A stretch of 46,754 bases of DNA from an uncultured Gammaproteobacteria bacterium (GCA_964400835.1 CAYNWD010000001.1:54487-101240); one strand, 5' to 3'; shown: positions 35,330-44,472, numbered from the stretch's first letter. Notes: generated by a model not told the origin, from the sequence alone. Numbers and translations are program-made.

Positions 35330-35758
35330 TTATGCCGGAGGCTTGAGGGAAACCATATATGTTTTGACCGTCTTTTTGATGGCATCGACGGTCGCATCTT
35401 TTACCTCCGGAGGGCTTTCGGCTACCCATTTGGCGAAACGATAGAGCTGCTGATTGTCTATTTCAAGCCATGTATTGTTCTTGTATAGAAAAAGCAGTAA
35501 CGTCGTTACGGCAATCCGTTTATTTCCGTTTTTGAACGGATGATTTTTGACCATGAGGTAGAAGAGGATTGCCGCTTTCTGGACCAGCCCGGCATAGACA
35601 TAGCGCCCGGAGAATGTCTGGAAAGGAACCGCTAAACTACTTTCAAGGATACCCGGAAACCGTGAGGCAAACGCGGGTATGGGTTCATCCCAGTCCATGA
35701 GTTTCTTTGCCAGACTATGAGCGAGATACTCAACTTCGCTGATACTGACACTTCTCAT
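35330..35758 (-). CDS. doc: Doc (death-on-curing) / Fic-fold toxin
   Basis: Has the HPFKNGNKR Fic/Doc motif. 142 aa. The start lies 2 nt after the upstream HTH gene. Confidence 0.85.
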   Translation of the reverse strand: MRSVSISEVEYLAHSLAKKLMDWDEPIPAFASRFPGILESSLAVPFQTFSGRYVYAGLVQKAAILFYLMVKNHPFKNGNKRIAVTTLLLFLYKNNTWLEIDNQQLYRFAKWVAESPPEVKDATVDAIKKTVKTYMVSLKPPA

Positions 35759-35760
35759 AC

Positions 35761-36018
35761 CTATGCGCTCCCCAGAAGCCGGAGTGCTTCGCCGTACTCC
35801 GTCACCGTCTTTTTCACGGCCCGATCGATAATCTGCTTATCCCGAGAGGAGAGCGTCGCCTTTAGAATATTGCCTATATTTACCGGATCGACCAGGTACA
35901 TTTTCCCGACTTTTGTCGCTTTTATCTGGCCCTTTTTGATCCTATAAAATATCGCCACCCTGCTCACTCCAAGCATCTTGGCAACTTCTGTAGTGGATAA
36001 AAAACGTTTTTCCGTCAT
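35761..36018 (-). CDS. Excisionase/MerR-like HTH protein, putative antitoxin of Doc
   Basis: LSTTEVAKMLGVSRVAIFYRIKKGQIKATKVGKMYLV (HTH_17-like) plus a short C-terminal tail. Positioned as the first gene of the pair. Confidence 0.7.
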   Translation of the reverse strand: MTEKRFLSTTEVAKMLGVSRVAIFYRIKKGQIKATKVGKMYLVDPVNIGNILKATLSSRDKQIIDRAVKKTVTEYGEALRLLGSA

Positions 36019-36023
36019 GTTTG

Positions 36024-36077
36024 GTTAAGTGATGTCTATTATCTTAACATGGGTTAAGTTGCTTGTCAATACTTAAC
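36024..36077 (-). promoter_or_regulatory. Two tandem operator palindromes overlapping the TA promoter
   Basis: GTTAAG-N13-CTTAAC occurs at 36024..36048 and again at 36053..36077. On the minus strand a TTGACA, 17 nt, TAAGAT promoter lies inside them. Confidence 0.6.
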
Positions 36078-36115
36078 GAGCGTCTCTCGCTGATTTATAT
36101 GGCTCAACCCTCACC

Positions 36116-36562
36116 TCACCGCCTGCCTGTCGGCAGACAGGCTTTCTTTACAAGTAGCGCGATTTTTGCCTCCTCCGCAGCAGTCAGTTTCGTGAGGGCA
36201 AATGCGGTAGGCCACATGGCCCCTTCATCAAGATTTGCCATGTCGCTGAAACCGAGCGTCGCGTACCTTGCCTTGAACTTATGGGCGCCCTGGAAGAAGC
36301 AGACGACCTTGCCGTCCTTATTCGCATATGCGGGCATCCCGTACCAGGTCTTGGGTGTCAGACCTGGTGCATTAGCCTTGATGATCGCATGGAGACGCGT
36401 GGCCATGGTGCGATCCGGTTCCGGCATCTGGGAAATTTTAGCGAGCACCGCTGCTTCCCCGTCCGCATGGACCGCCATGAGCTCCCGGGCGCGTTCCTTC
36501 ATGGCGGCTCGTTCAAAGTCCGTGAATCCCTTGGCTTTCTTACGAATATTTGGCTTCGGCAT
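36116..36562 (-). CDS. DUF1801/YdhG-like protein
   Basis: [37 protein letters not shown] resembles YdhG-family proteins. Confidence 0.55.
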   Translation of the reverse strand: MPKPNIRKKAKGFTDFERAAMKERARELMAVHADGEAAVLAKISQMPEPDRTMATRLHAIIKANAPGLTPKTWYGMPAYANKDGKVVCFFQGAHKFKARYATLGFSDMANLDEGAMWPTAFALTKLTAAEEAKIALLVKKACLPTGRR

Positions 36563-36583
36563 CTCCTTGTATGTAAATCGCGA

Positions 36584-36904
36584 TTACATCATGCCTGAAA
36601 AAAGCAGCACGAGTGCCACTGCGGTAAGAGCGCAGAAGATAGTAACGGTTTGAACGAAAAGCTTCATCCCTTCTGTCTTTTTTCCGCTCATAAAAAACTG
36701 GAGCGGCTGGTAAAAAAATACATACGCCATGACCGTGACCGAGAGGGTAAGGAGGGATAAAAATACGACCGGAGCAAAAAAAGTATCAGGCTTGTCTCGC
36801 AGCGTACGGGTAACAACATTCATGATCGTGACGACCAAGGCGATATACGCTGAAGCTCCAAGGGCATTAACAAGAGGATTCTTGGACATAGGATGATTAT
36901 ACAC
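36584..36904 (-). CDS. Small three-TM membrane protein
   Basis: 106 aa with three hydrophobic helices. Confidence 0.5.
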   Translation of the reverse strand: MYNHPMSKNPLVNALGASAYIALVVTIMNVVTRTLRDKPDTFFAPVVFLSLLTLSVTVMAYVFFYQPLQFFMSGKKTEGMKLFVQTVTIFCALTAVALVLLFSGMM

Positions 36905-36914
36905 CCGTGCTCGC

Positions 36915-37328
36915 CTACTGGGGCGGTTTTCGGATCGGTACCCTTACGCGCATGTCTCTCATGCTGCGATAAAATTCAACGCTCGGTCTGGAGTGGTCCA
37001 CATCGAAATTTTTTGACAATTTTTCAAATGTTTTGCCAATAGATTCTATGTCATCGTTCCAATTCTCTATTTTCTCCTGGGCGTAGAGACCCTTCGGTAT
37101 GGATCCCACGTGGTAGTCCCATTCTTTGGGCACATCGGTTTTTTGCAATTCAACACATGCCCAGTACTCATCTTTTGGCGGCGTTCCAAAAATTAGTCCA
37201 TAGAATTTCCTGCCTCTCAGCGTGGGTAGTTTTTCCTCAAGTTTGTCAAAAGCGGACTTGGAGCCTCGTACACCAGAGTCAGACCTTACGTACATTATTG
37301 TAATTTCTGGATAGTCGTTCGTGGTCAT
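36915..37328 (-). CDS. GyrI-like (small-molecule-binding) domain protein, tentative
   Basis: The size and the C-terminal ..SVEFYRS..VRVPIR pattern are GyrI-like. Has a 4-nt overlap with the upstream gene. Confidence 0.4.
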   Translation of the reverse strand: MTTNDYPEITIMYVRSDSGVRGSKSAFDKLEEKLPTLRGRKFYGLIFGTPPKDEYWACVELQKTDVPKEWDYHVGSIPKGLYAQEKIENWNDDIESIGKTFEKLSKNFDVDHSRPSVEFYRSMRDMRVRVPIRKPPQ

Positions 37329-37828
37329 ACGTTGATTGAGCCGAGACGACCTAATTTTTCAAGATACTTATTGTAAGGTACACGAATGACTTCAGCGCTT
37401 TCCAATGTAAATTCCTTCTCCAAAGCAGCGTGTTCCGTTGGAGGATAATCCAGAACGATGGAGTGGAGGAAATCGTCGATGATGTATAGTCCCACGGTTC
37501 CCTCTTTGTACGAATACTCGGTATAGGCCATCTTCACGATATTCGCCGTCTGGTATCCCCGGCTTTTAAGCCACGAAAACCCCGCTTCTTTGTTTGCTAT
37601 TGGGATAGACTCTATTAAAGTAAAGCGTCCGTCGGATTCTTTGAGGACATGGACTTCGATGCGGTCAGCATACTCGACAAACTTTTCCACATCGTTACCT
37701 GTACGCTGACCATAAAAGTGCGTTGCCACAACTTCTTTGCCTTTGATTGCCCCCTTTTTATGAAGAAGCTTTTGTATATCGTCAAATGAATTTACGAGGT
37801 ATTTTTTTTCCTGGGGCTCCATGAACAC
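37325..37828 (-). CDS. CYTH / triphosphate-tunnel-metalloenzyme-like protein, tentative
   Basis: N-terminal QEKKYLV resembles the EIERKFLV strand-1 signature of the CYTH domain; 167 aa. Confidence 0.45.
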   Translation of the reverse strand: MFMEPQEKKYLVNSFDDIQKLLHKKGAIKGKEVVATHFYGQRTGNDVEKFVEYADRIEVHVLKESDGRFTLIESIPIANKEAGFSWLKSRGYQTANIVKMAYTEYSYKEGTVGLYIIDDFLHSIVLDYPPTEHAALEKEFTLESAEVIRVPYNKYLEKLGRLGSINV

Positions 37829-37923
37829 ATTGTATCATTACTAAAATAGCCCGCCATAAGGGGCTAAAAACCGGTGCCCCTCTGCCATGATCTTGCGCTA
37901 AAGTTTGTCAAACTGGGAAAATA

Positions 37924-38772
37924 TCAAGCCGGCTTATTAGCAGTTACTATATTGTAGCCTAAAAAATTTCTGTATGGCCAAATAAGCAAAGAGGCTGCCC
38001 AGTTTGTCCTATCTTGTATCTGACCTCTAAGCACATCAGGCGATCGCCTAACGGCTCCCTGAAACATCCACTGCCACGTGGGCCAAACATGCGGACTAAT
38101 GTCGGTAACGTGAACATTTTCAAAGCCAGAATCTTGCAATAAATCAGGAAAGGCGCCGTGAGTAAAACGCTCTATACTGGCCATACCAGTGCGTCGTACA
38201 AAGAAGTCAGTTATTAATTTCCGCAACGGGTCTAATGTTTTCCTGTCAGGCACAGAGTACTCAAATAAAGTTAATCTCCCACCGGGCTTAAGTACCCGCA
38301 AAAACTCACCGAGCGCTTGCTCTAGCGGGTCGGCATGAACCAGAGTTTCCATGGTAAAAATTCCGTCTACAGAAGACCCAGGAAGCGGAATGGCGCCGTA
38401 ATTACCGTTGAGTAGTCTAACTTTTTCAGCGCGGTTGCAGCGAGTGTACCGCCTGGCCTCGCTTAAGCGCTCAAAAATGAGATCTATTCCAATGATGTTC
38501 AAACCGAATTCTCCGCTTAAAGTAGCTGCTACCCTTCCAAAACCACAGCCTGCATCCACTACTGTTGACCCTGGGGGTAAGCCAAGTGATTGACCAAGCA
38601 TATTCTCCATGGCACGTAGACCAGCCTTTAGGTCAAATGCCTTGCCGTCGGGTGTGTAACCAAAATGACAGGCACCGCCGAAAGGGCCTGTGAGGTAGGT
38701 GGGAGAATCGGCATAGTAACGTCTCGTCCGATCAACGCCACTGATATTTCTTGCTCTTTCTCCGGTGAACAT
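37924..38772 (-). CDS. Class I SAM-dependent methyltransferase
   Basis: Motif I VVDAGCGFGR, motif post-I IGIDL, and ..LKPGGRL. Confidence 0.85.
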   Translation of the reverse strand: MFTGERARNISGVDRTRRYYADSPTYLTGPFGGACHFGYTPDGKAFDLKAGLRAMENMLGQSLGLPPGSTVVDAGCGFGRVAATLSGEFGLNIIGIDLIFERLSEARRYTRCNRAEKVRLLNGNYGAIPLPGSSVDGIFTMETLVHADPLEQALGEFLRVLKPGGRLTLFEYSVPDRKTLDPLRKLITDFFVRRTGMASIERFTHGAFPDLLQDSGFENVHVTDISPHVWPTWQWMFQGAVRRSPDVLRGQIQDRTNWAASLLIWPYRNFLGYNIVTANKPA

Positions 38773-38920
38773 TTTGGGAATGGTATCAATCTAGAAGTCG
38801 AAAGTCAAACTATAGGCTACTTTCTTCATGCCCTGAACGAAATCCGAACCCAGTTCCGGCAAACCCCCGACGAATGAAGTCGCCCGCCGCTCGCTGACGC
38901 TCGCTGTTCCGCAATAAAGC

Positions 38921-39886
38921 TTATTTATTAATCCTTCCTCTTAACTTACCCATAAGTTTGTTTAAGCGCCAAACTACCTCTCTACCGTCCCCATCTTTTT
39001 CCCTTTTTCTCAGTGAATTCGTATCAATCAGTATTAATTTTCCACTGGGGGTAAATCTTAAATTTTGACTCTGAGCATGATCCATGGAAGGGTCTGGGTA
39101 ATATCCTGTTTCTTCCAAAACCCTCGCTACTGTGGTTGAAAAATCTTCCAGCTGCCTTATCATACCTTCAGTGACTGGATACTCCTCTGGGAGACGAAAG
39201 ACAGAAGGGCTTAATTCTTTCACAAAATTTTGAACCATAGCATACACAATTTGACCCTTGTTGATATATATTTCTTTACCATCTTCTGTAAGTTTTCCCT
39301 GACTTTTCAGCGTAGCAGTTTCTTTGCGTGCCCATGAGAGCCACCCCTTGTCTACTTCTAAAGCACCCTCGGGTATAAATGACACATCGGCAGTTATATT
39401 TTCACAAGCTACAAAAGACACAAATACTGCCGGTACAACAAAAGGACCAAACAGTTCTTCGTGTTTTCGATGCTCCCAAGCAGTTACTACAAGTAATTTT
39501 TCTTTTTCATTTAAGTCTTCAAATTTTACCTTCTTATCTCTATTATGAAATAAAACCAGCCCTGGTTCGTCCAAAGTTTGTTGAAATTCTGCATGATCGA
39601 TTTGTGAAAGCCTAGCTTTTAAACCTTCTAAAGGCCGGCTTTCTTCATCTTTCAAAACTTTTACAACAACGGGAACTTTTACACCATCAATTTCCGGAAA
39701 ATATAAATCCACATAAGCTCCCCGTTCTCCAGAAGGGTTTAAAGCTTCGCAAGAAGATAAAGATCCCGAAAGTAATTCAAGAAAGGTTTTTTCCCTTGAA
39801 GGAGTATTCAAATCACTAAACCTGGGCACTCCTTGAAGCACAAGCTCTGTAACGCTTCGTAAATTATCTACCCCTCCTTCCATCAT
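38921..39886 (-). CDS. Orphan 321-aa protein, possibly with an atypical kinase-like fold
   Basis: VPVVVKVLKDE (VAIK-like) and HAQSQNLRFTPSGKLILIDTN (catalytic-loop/DFG-like, but with the Asp replaced). Weak evidence. Confidence 0.5.
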   Translation of the reverse strand: MMEGGVDNLRSVTELVLQGVPRFSDLNTPSREKTFLELLSGSLSSCEALNPSGERGAYVDLYFPEIDGVKVPVVVKVLKDEESRPLEGLKARLSQIDHAEFQQTLDEPGLVLFHNRDKKVKFEDLNEKEKLLVVTAWEHRKHEELFGPFVVPAVFVSFVACENITADVSFIPEGALEVDKGWLSWARKETATLKSQGKLTEDGKEIYINKGQIVYAMVQNFVKELSPSVFRLPEEYPVTEGMIRQLEDFSTTVARVLEETGYYPDPSMDHAQSQNLRFTPSGKLILIDTNSLRKREKDGDGREVVWRLNKLMGKLRGRINK

Positions 39887-39947
39887 AGCCTCATAATATC
39901 AGTTTTTGGTCCCCGTAATAAACCAAGTTAGGCCTTTTATGTATATA

Positions 39948-40009
39948 TAAACCGGGGTCAGACTTTTACCCTGAGCCCGCCTGCCCTGAGCTTGCCGAAG
40001 GATTGATTG
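39948..40009 (+). repeat. Interspersed repeat family 2, copy 1 (short, with internal duplication)
   Basis: aaaccggggtcagacttttaccctgagcccgcctgccctgagcttgccgaaggattgattg. Confidence 0.75.
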
Positions 40010-40043
40010 CTCTCCTGGTTCGTTCAGTGCATACTGGAAGAAG

Positions 40044-40514
40044 ATGAAAGACGTGCACAAGCTTATTGTTTCTGTAATTGGCTGTGAATTAGTGGGGGTC
40101 CTCGGTACTCCCTTTACCATTTCCGCTATTCCCACCTGGTACGCCACTTTAAATAAGCCGTCCTTTGCCCCACCCAACTGGATCTTCGGACCGGTTTGGA
40201 CACTTTTATACCTAATGATGGGCGTAGCCTTTTACTTAATTTGGAAACAAGGCTGGAAGAAAAAGAAAGTCAGAACGGCTGGCATGTTCTTTCTAGCACA
40301 ACTGGCATTAAATTTTTTCTGGTCACCGGTTTTCTTTGGACTGCGAGCACCATTGTTGGGGTTGATTGTGATTGTGGCTATGTGGGCATTGATCGTCATG
40401 ACCATGAAGAAGTTCTACCCCTTATCAAGACTGGCGTTTTATCTGCTGGTGCCATATCTGCTGTGGGTTAGTTTTGCCACCATACTCAATGCAGCGATTG
40501 TAATTTTGAACTAA
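40044..40514 (+). CDS. tspO: TspO/MBR tryptophan-rich sensory protein
   Basis: WYATLNKPSFAPPNWIFGPVWTLLYLMMGVAFYLIW..FFLAQLALNFFWSPVFFG. Confidence 0.9.
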   Translation: MKDVHKLIVSVIGCELVGVLGTPFTISAIPTWYATLNKPSFAPPNWIFGPVWTLLYLMMGVAFYLIWKQGWKKKKVRTAGMFFLAQLALNFFWSPVFFGLRAPLLGLIVIVAMWALIVMTMKKFYPLSRLAFYLLVPYLLWVSFATILNAAIVILN

Positions 40515-40699
40515 AGAATGAAAACCGGGGTCAGACCTTTACCCTGAGCCCGTCGAAGGGTTGATTGTATTGTCGCAACAGTTTTCCGGAATACTTTAAT
40601 ATGTTCCTGACTTCTCAAATATCTGTGCTGCTCTCCTGCTAGTATCTGATTCAGCACTCCGGCCACACCGCCAATGATGATTAAATCAAATTCGTTCAT
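40511..40699 (-). pseudogene. Remnant N-terminus of an FAD/NAD(P)-binding oxidoreductase truncated by repeat copy 2
   Basis: MNEFDLIIIGGVAGVLNQ is a Rossmann dinucleotide-binding start. From ..RYL onward the reading frame is repeat sequence. Confidence 0.4.
40520..40622 (+). repeat. Interspersed repeat family 2, copy 2
   Basis: gaaaaccggggtcagacctttaccctgagcccgtcgaagggttgattgtattgtcgcaacag... About 87% identical by eye over about 103 nt to 46280..46382. Confidence 0.85.
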
Positions 40700-40733
40700 C
40701 TAGTCATTGCACTAAGAATCACCCAACTTTTGC

Positions 40734-41261
40734 TCAAGGAATTTTATCGAGCTGTTGTTTGATTTGCGCACCTGATTCTGTACCGAAAGTAACAAGTAAT
40801 TTGTCTCCTTCTTGAATTTCCTGATTGAGAGCATTGTCGTTTTTTTCTCCGTTAAGGTAAAACTGCAATACGCCACCGTTACCTGTGCAGAATGTTTCTT
40901 TTGCGCCAGTAGTAAGGCATTGAGAAGTTAATTTAAAAGGGAGGGTCGAAAAGAAATCATTCCAAGTTGTACCTGACTTCTTCACCCGAACAATATTGGG
41001 ATTATTTGCCTCAATATACACGTCCTGAGAAAGATTGTGATACATCGCCGCGGTAAAAACTCTAAAGGTGCCATTGGTAAAAATGGCGAAGGAAGCCTTT
41101 TTATCGACTTCTTGTATGAGAGGCAAAGACTTAGTCGCCTCACCGAGAGACACTTTCTGGCTAGGAATGTCATTTGAATTCTTATAAGAACCAGAAAAAA
41201 TAAAATAACCAGCAGAAAAGAATATAAGTATTATTACTGCAATCGGAATAATTTTATTCAT
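40734..41261 (-). CDS. Membrane-anchored exported hypothetical protein with a Cys pair
   Basis: N-terminal anchor MNKIIPIAVIILIFFSAGYFIF, and ..SQCLTTGAKETFCTG... Last gene of the same-strand cluster. Confidence 0.6.
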   Translation of the reverse strand: MNKIIPIAVIILIFFSAGYFIFSGSYKNSNDIPSQKVSLGEATKSLPLIQEVDKKASFAIFTNGTFRVFTAAMYHNLSQDVYIEANNPNIVRVKKSGTTWNDFFSTLPFKLTSQCLTTGAKETFCTGNGGVLQFYLNGEKNDNALNQEIQEGDKLLVTFGTESGAQIKQQLDKIP

Positions 41262-41331
41262 AAACTTTTATATTCATAGAGTTTGACTAAAATCGAACTG
41301 TGGATTGTATTGATGATTATCCATGGGCTAA

Positions 41332-43722
41332 CTATTTATCATTTACGCTGTGACCACCAAACTGATGACGGAGTGCGGATATGACCTGCCCCGTATATGA
41401 TGGTTTATTTTGTGACTGTTTTCTAAACTCTACGGAGCCTTTGATGATAGGAGCTGGCACGCTAAGCTCGCCAGCCGCTTCCACTGTCCACTCACCTTCT
41501 CCGCTTTGGGTAACCTTACCGGAACAACATTCCTCATTGTCCAGGTTGTCGCCGAATTGGGCATAAACTTCAGCTAACCAGCCGACTAAGCGGGAAGTAA
41601 TCACCGAACCATGATTGTATAGATTGGCAATGGAATGCAAATCAAGAGTAAATGGGGATTTTTTCAGTATCGCAAAACCTTCGCCTAAGGCTTGCATCAT
41701 CCCGTACTCAATCCCGTTGTGGATCATCTTCACAAAATGACCGGCTCCGGAACTGCCTACGTAAACGTAACCGTCACGTATAGCCACACTCCTAAATAAC
41801 ACCTCATTCTCCTGATAAACCGATTTTTCACCACCGATCATCATGCAGGCCCCGTAACGGGCTCCACCCGGACCACCGGAAACTCCCACATCCAGAAAGC
41901 GAATGCCTCTTTCCTTTAATTTTGAATGCAGCTTCATGGACTGTTTGTATGGAGAATTGCCTCCATCAATGACCGTGTCCCCTTCATGCAGGAGCGGCAA
42001 CAGTTCTTCGACTAGGGACTCCACTGCATGATGGGGAACCATCAACCAAACCACCCGCGGTTGAGCCAGCTTGTTTATTAATTCAGTGAGTGTGTACTCG
42101 CCCTGCAGTCCTTCTGTTTCCAGTTCCCGCGTAATCTCAGGAGAACGGTTAAACCCATACACTTTCCATCCTTTGGAAATCATTTGTCTCGCTAAGTTGG
42201 CACCCATTTTCCCTAAACCAATCACACCAACCTCTTTTTTATCTGGCACTTCTGCATTTTTAATATTTCGTCCGAGAAAACTAACTTGGGGATCAGTATC
42301 AACTTCATATTTTCCCAGAGGGACATTCGATCGTTTCCAGTATTCAACAATGGGCTCAGTAAATTTCCATTCAGCTTCAACCTCTCGGAATGAGACAAAT
42401 AAAGATTGCTCGCCGTTTATCGCAGAATATAAGACTTTGGCATACTCTTCGACATATTGCATCTTGGTTTTTTTCTCATAGAGAAAAAAGGAGAAGGATC
42501 TCTCTTCCAGAACCTTCTCGAACCCTGGTTTTTTTGTCCAAAAATTAATGATGACCTCATCATTGGGTGCGAAACGGAAAATAATAGTATTGAGGTTGTG
42601 ATTGGGGTCAATGGCACATAAATGACAAACTGCCGGATGCTTCAGGGTCACCATAATTTCCTTGCGGGTTTCTGCCAGGCGCTTGCCTGCATGAATAGTA
42701 ATAGGTACCCCCTTCCATTTGGGATGAAGAAGCTCTGTCTGCAAGGCAAAAAAGGTTTCTGCATCAGAATTTGAGCCAACTCCCTCAATGGTAGAATAGC
42801 CATTATATTGAGCACGGTAGGTTTTCTGCCGGAGCGTATTTTCTGTCCATGGCGCTAAGGTTGCCAAAGCATCGGCCCGGCTATCGGGTATACCAGCCTC
42901 TTGTGTATTCAGCGGGTAATCCATGGTGAGGCTGGTGAGAATAGAGAGCAAATGGTTCTGCCCCACGTCACGTAGTGCACCGACTGAATCATAAAAACTT
43001 CCCCGATCTTCTGCTCCAATAGTTTCGCGCAATACTAAATCTATACGCTCTATAGATGTATTGTCCCAAATATTCTCAAAAAGATTATTGGAAAAGCGGA
43101 AGTTTTCTATGCCCTGAATAATTTCCTTGAATAAATAGTGATCGATGCGATAGATTTGTTCTTCTTTAAAATAGCTTCTCAATAGTTTTTGAAGCTCCCG
43201 GGCTGACGCCAGATCCAATCCAAAAGGTTTTTCAATCAATACCCGGCTCCAGCCCAATTCGCCGCCACAGGGGATATTCAATTTTACTCTCTCTAGATTT
43301 TTAAAAATGACCTTATAATTTTTGGGTGGAACAGCTAAATAAAAGAGCTTATTGGCACAAACATTCCAGGCTGTTTCGACAGCATGTATTTTTTCAGAAA
43401 GGGACCGGAAAGCATCTCCATCCTCAAAGGCACCCTGCTGATACGAAAAAATTTCACAGAATTGAGAAAAATGTACGTCGTCAACCCGCTCCCCTCGTAG
43501 CTTCGTAAGAACTTGAAGAAGGTAATCACGAAAATCCTGATCCGAAATGGTTCTACGAGAAAATCCAACAATACTTATTTTCTCTGGCAAGCGATGTTGT
43601 TGAAACAAAAACCAGAGAGAGGGAATGATTTTTTTGGTTGCCAAATCACCTGTCATACCAAAAATGACAAGGATGGTAGGGCTAGATATGGATTGATTTT
43701 GTTTGGTTTTTAATTTGCTCAT
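41332..43722 (-). CDS. Fusion protein: glucose-6-phosphate dehydrogenase (N-terminal) plus decarboxylating 6-phosphogluconate dehydrogenase, short Gnd/YqeC type (C-terminal)
   Basis: G6PD: ILVIFGMTGDLATKKIIPSLW and RIDHYLFKE. 6PGDH: VGVIGLGKMGANLARQM, VIDGGNS and GAGHFVKMIHNGIEYGMMQ. One uninterrupted frame. The start is uncertain (ATG 43722, ATG 43773 or GTG 43818). The junction is near 42250. Confidence 0.85.
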   Translation of the reverse strand: MSKLKTKQNQSISSPTILVIFGMTGDLATKKIIPSLWFLFQQHRLPEKISIVGFSRRTISDQDFRDYLLQVLTKLRGERVDDVHFSQFCEIFSYQQGAFEDGDAFRSLSEKIHAVETAWNVCANKLFYLAVPPKNYKVIFKNLERVKLNIPCGGELGWSRVLIEKPFGLDLASARELQKLLRSYFKEEQIYRIDHYLFKEIIQGIENFRFSNNLFENIWDNTSIERIDLVLRETIGAEDRGSFYDSVGALRDVGQNHLLSILTSLTMDYPLNTQEAGIPDSRADALATLAPWTENTLRQKTYRAQYNGYSTIEGVGSNSDAETFFALQTELLHPKWKGVPITIHAGKRLAETRKEIMVTLKHPAVCHLCAIDPNHNLNTIIFRFAPNDEVIINFWTKKPGFEKVLEERSFSFFLYEKKTKMQYVEEYAKVLYSAINGEQSLFVSFREVEAEWKFTEPIVEYWKRSNVPLGKYEVDTDPQVSFLGRNIKNAEVPDKKEVGVIGLGKMGANLARQMISKGWKVYGFNRSPEITRELETEGLQGEYTLTELINKLAQPRVVWLMVPHHAVESLVEELLPLLHEGDTVIDGGNSPYKQSMKLHSKLKERGIRFLDVGVSGGPGGARYGACMMIGGEKSVYQENEVLFRSVAIRDGYVYVGSSGAGHFVKMIHNGIEYGMMQALGEGFAILKKSPFTLDLHSIANLYNHGSVITSRLVGWLAEVYAQFGDNLDNEECCSGKVTQSGEGEWTVEAAGELSVPAPIIKGSVEFRKQSQNKPSYTGQVISALRHQFGGHSVNDK

Positions 43723-43878
43723 CTTAATTTGCTGCTGGGTATCGGAGATGATTTCGGTTGTATGTTTGCCCATCTCCTCAGCGCTATTTGCCGTAAAACC
43801 ACAAACTGTTCTTCGCACAGTGGGCAGAGTAACTCATGCTTATCCATTCGTATCCCTTCCTTTTCGTTGTTACTTTTG

Positions 43879-44127
43879 CTACAGACCCAAAGCTTGATTA
43901 ATAGCGTTTTTATCAAAGCCCAGGATTTTTGCTTCGGTGCCATCATCCTTGGTAATGTGAATACAGGGAACTCCCATTGAACCACAGGTGTCCATTGAAG
44001 CTTGTACCTCATCCGGTTGTTGATCCAGAAGTACATCCTCATACTCAACGCCTTTTTCTTTAAAGTATTCCTTTGCCAATGTACAATAGGGACAAGTTGT
44101 GGTTGAATAAATTTTTACTTTTGGCAT
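43879..44127 (-). CDS. Glutaredoxin-family protein
   Basis: CPYC active site in MPKVKIYSTTTCPYCTLAKEYF; 82 aa. Confidence 0.85.
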   Translation of the reverse strand: MPKVKIYSTTTCPYCTLAKEYFKEKGVEYEDVLLDQQPDEVQASMDTCGSMGVPCIHITKDDGTEAKILGFDKNAINQALGL

Positions 44128-44175
44128 AGAGATTCACCCCCTCTCAGTGAATAATAGCACTTACACGATCACTGT

Positions 44176-44460
44176 TTAGTCATTTCTAGAAATATTGCGC
44201 TCTTTGTCCGGCTCTAAGTAATCATCATCGGCATAGCACCAGATAAACGAGTGTTCATCTGCGGGGTAGCTTGCCATCACTTGATGACCAGTTTCCTTCG
44301 CATGCTTTCTCATATGCTGTGAACAGGAATCACAACATCCAACATATCCGCAGGTTAAGCAAACTCTCTGACCAAAAGGGCAAAAGTGATTCTCCTCACA
44401 TTTTTCGGCTCCCGGTTTGGCAAAACTCTTTGGCAAATGAGTACATTCTGATATTTTCAT
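44176..44460 (-). CDS. UBP-type zinc-finger protein
   Basis: RVCLTCGYVGCCDSCSQHMRKHAKETGH matches the zf-UBP pattern. Confidence 0.7.
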   Translation of the reverse strand: MKISECTHLPKSFAKPGAEKCEENHFCPFGQRVCLTCGYVGCCDSCSQHMRKHAKETGHQVMASYPADEHSFIWCYADDDYLEPDKERNISRND

Positions 44461-44472
44461 AAGCTCACCTCC

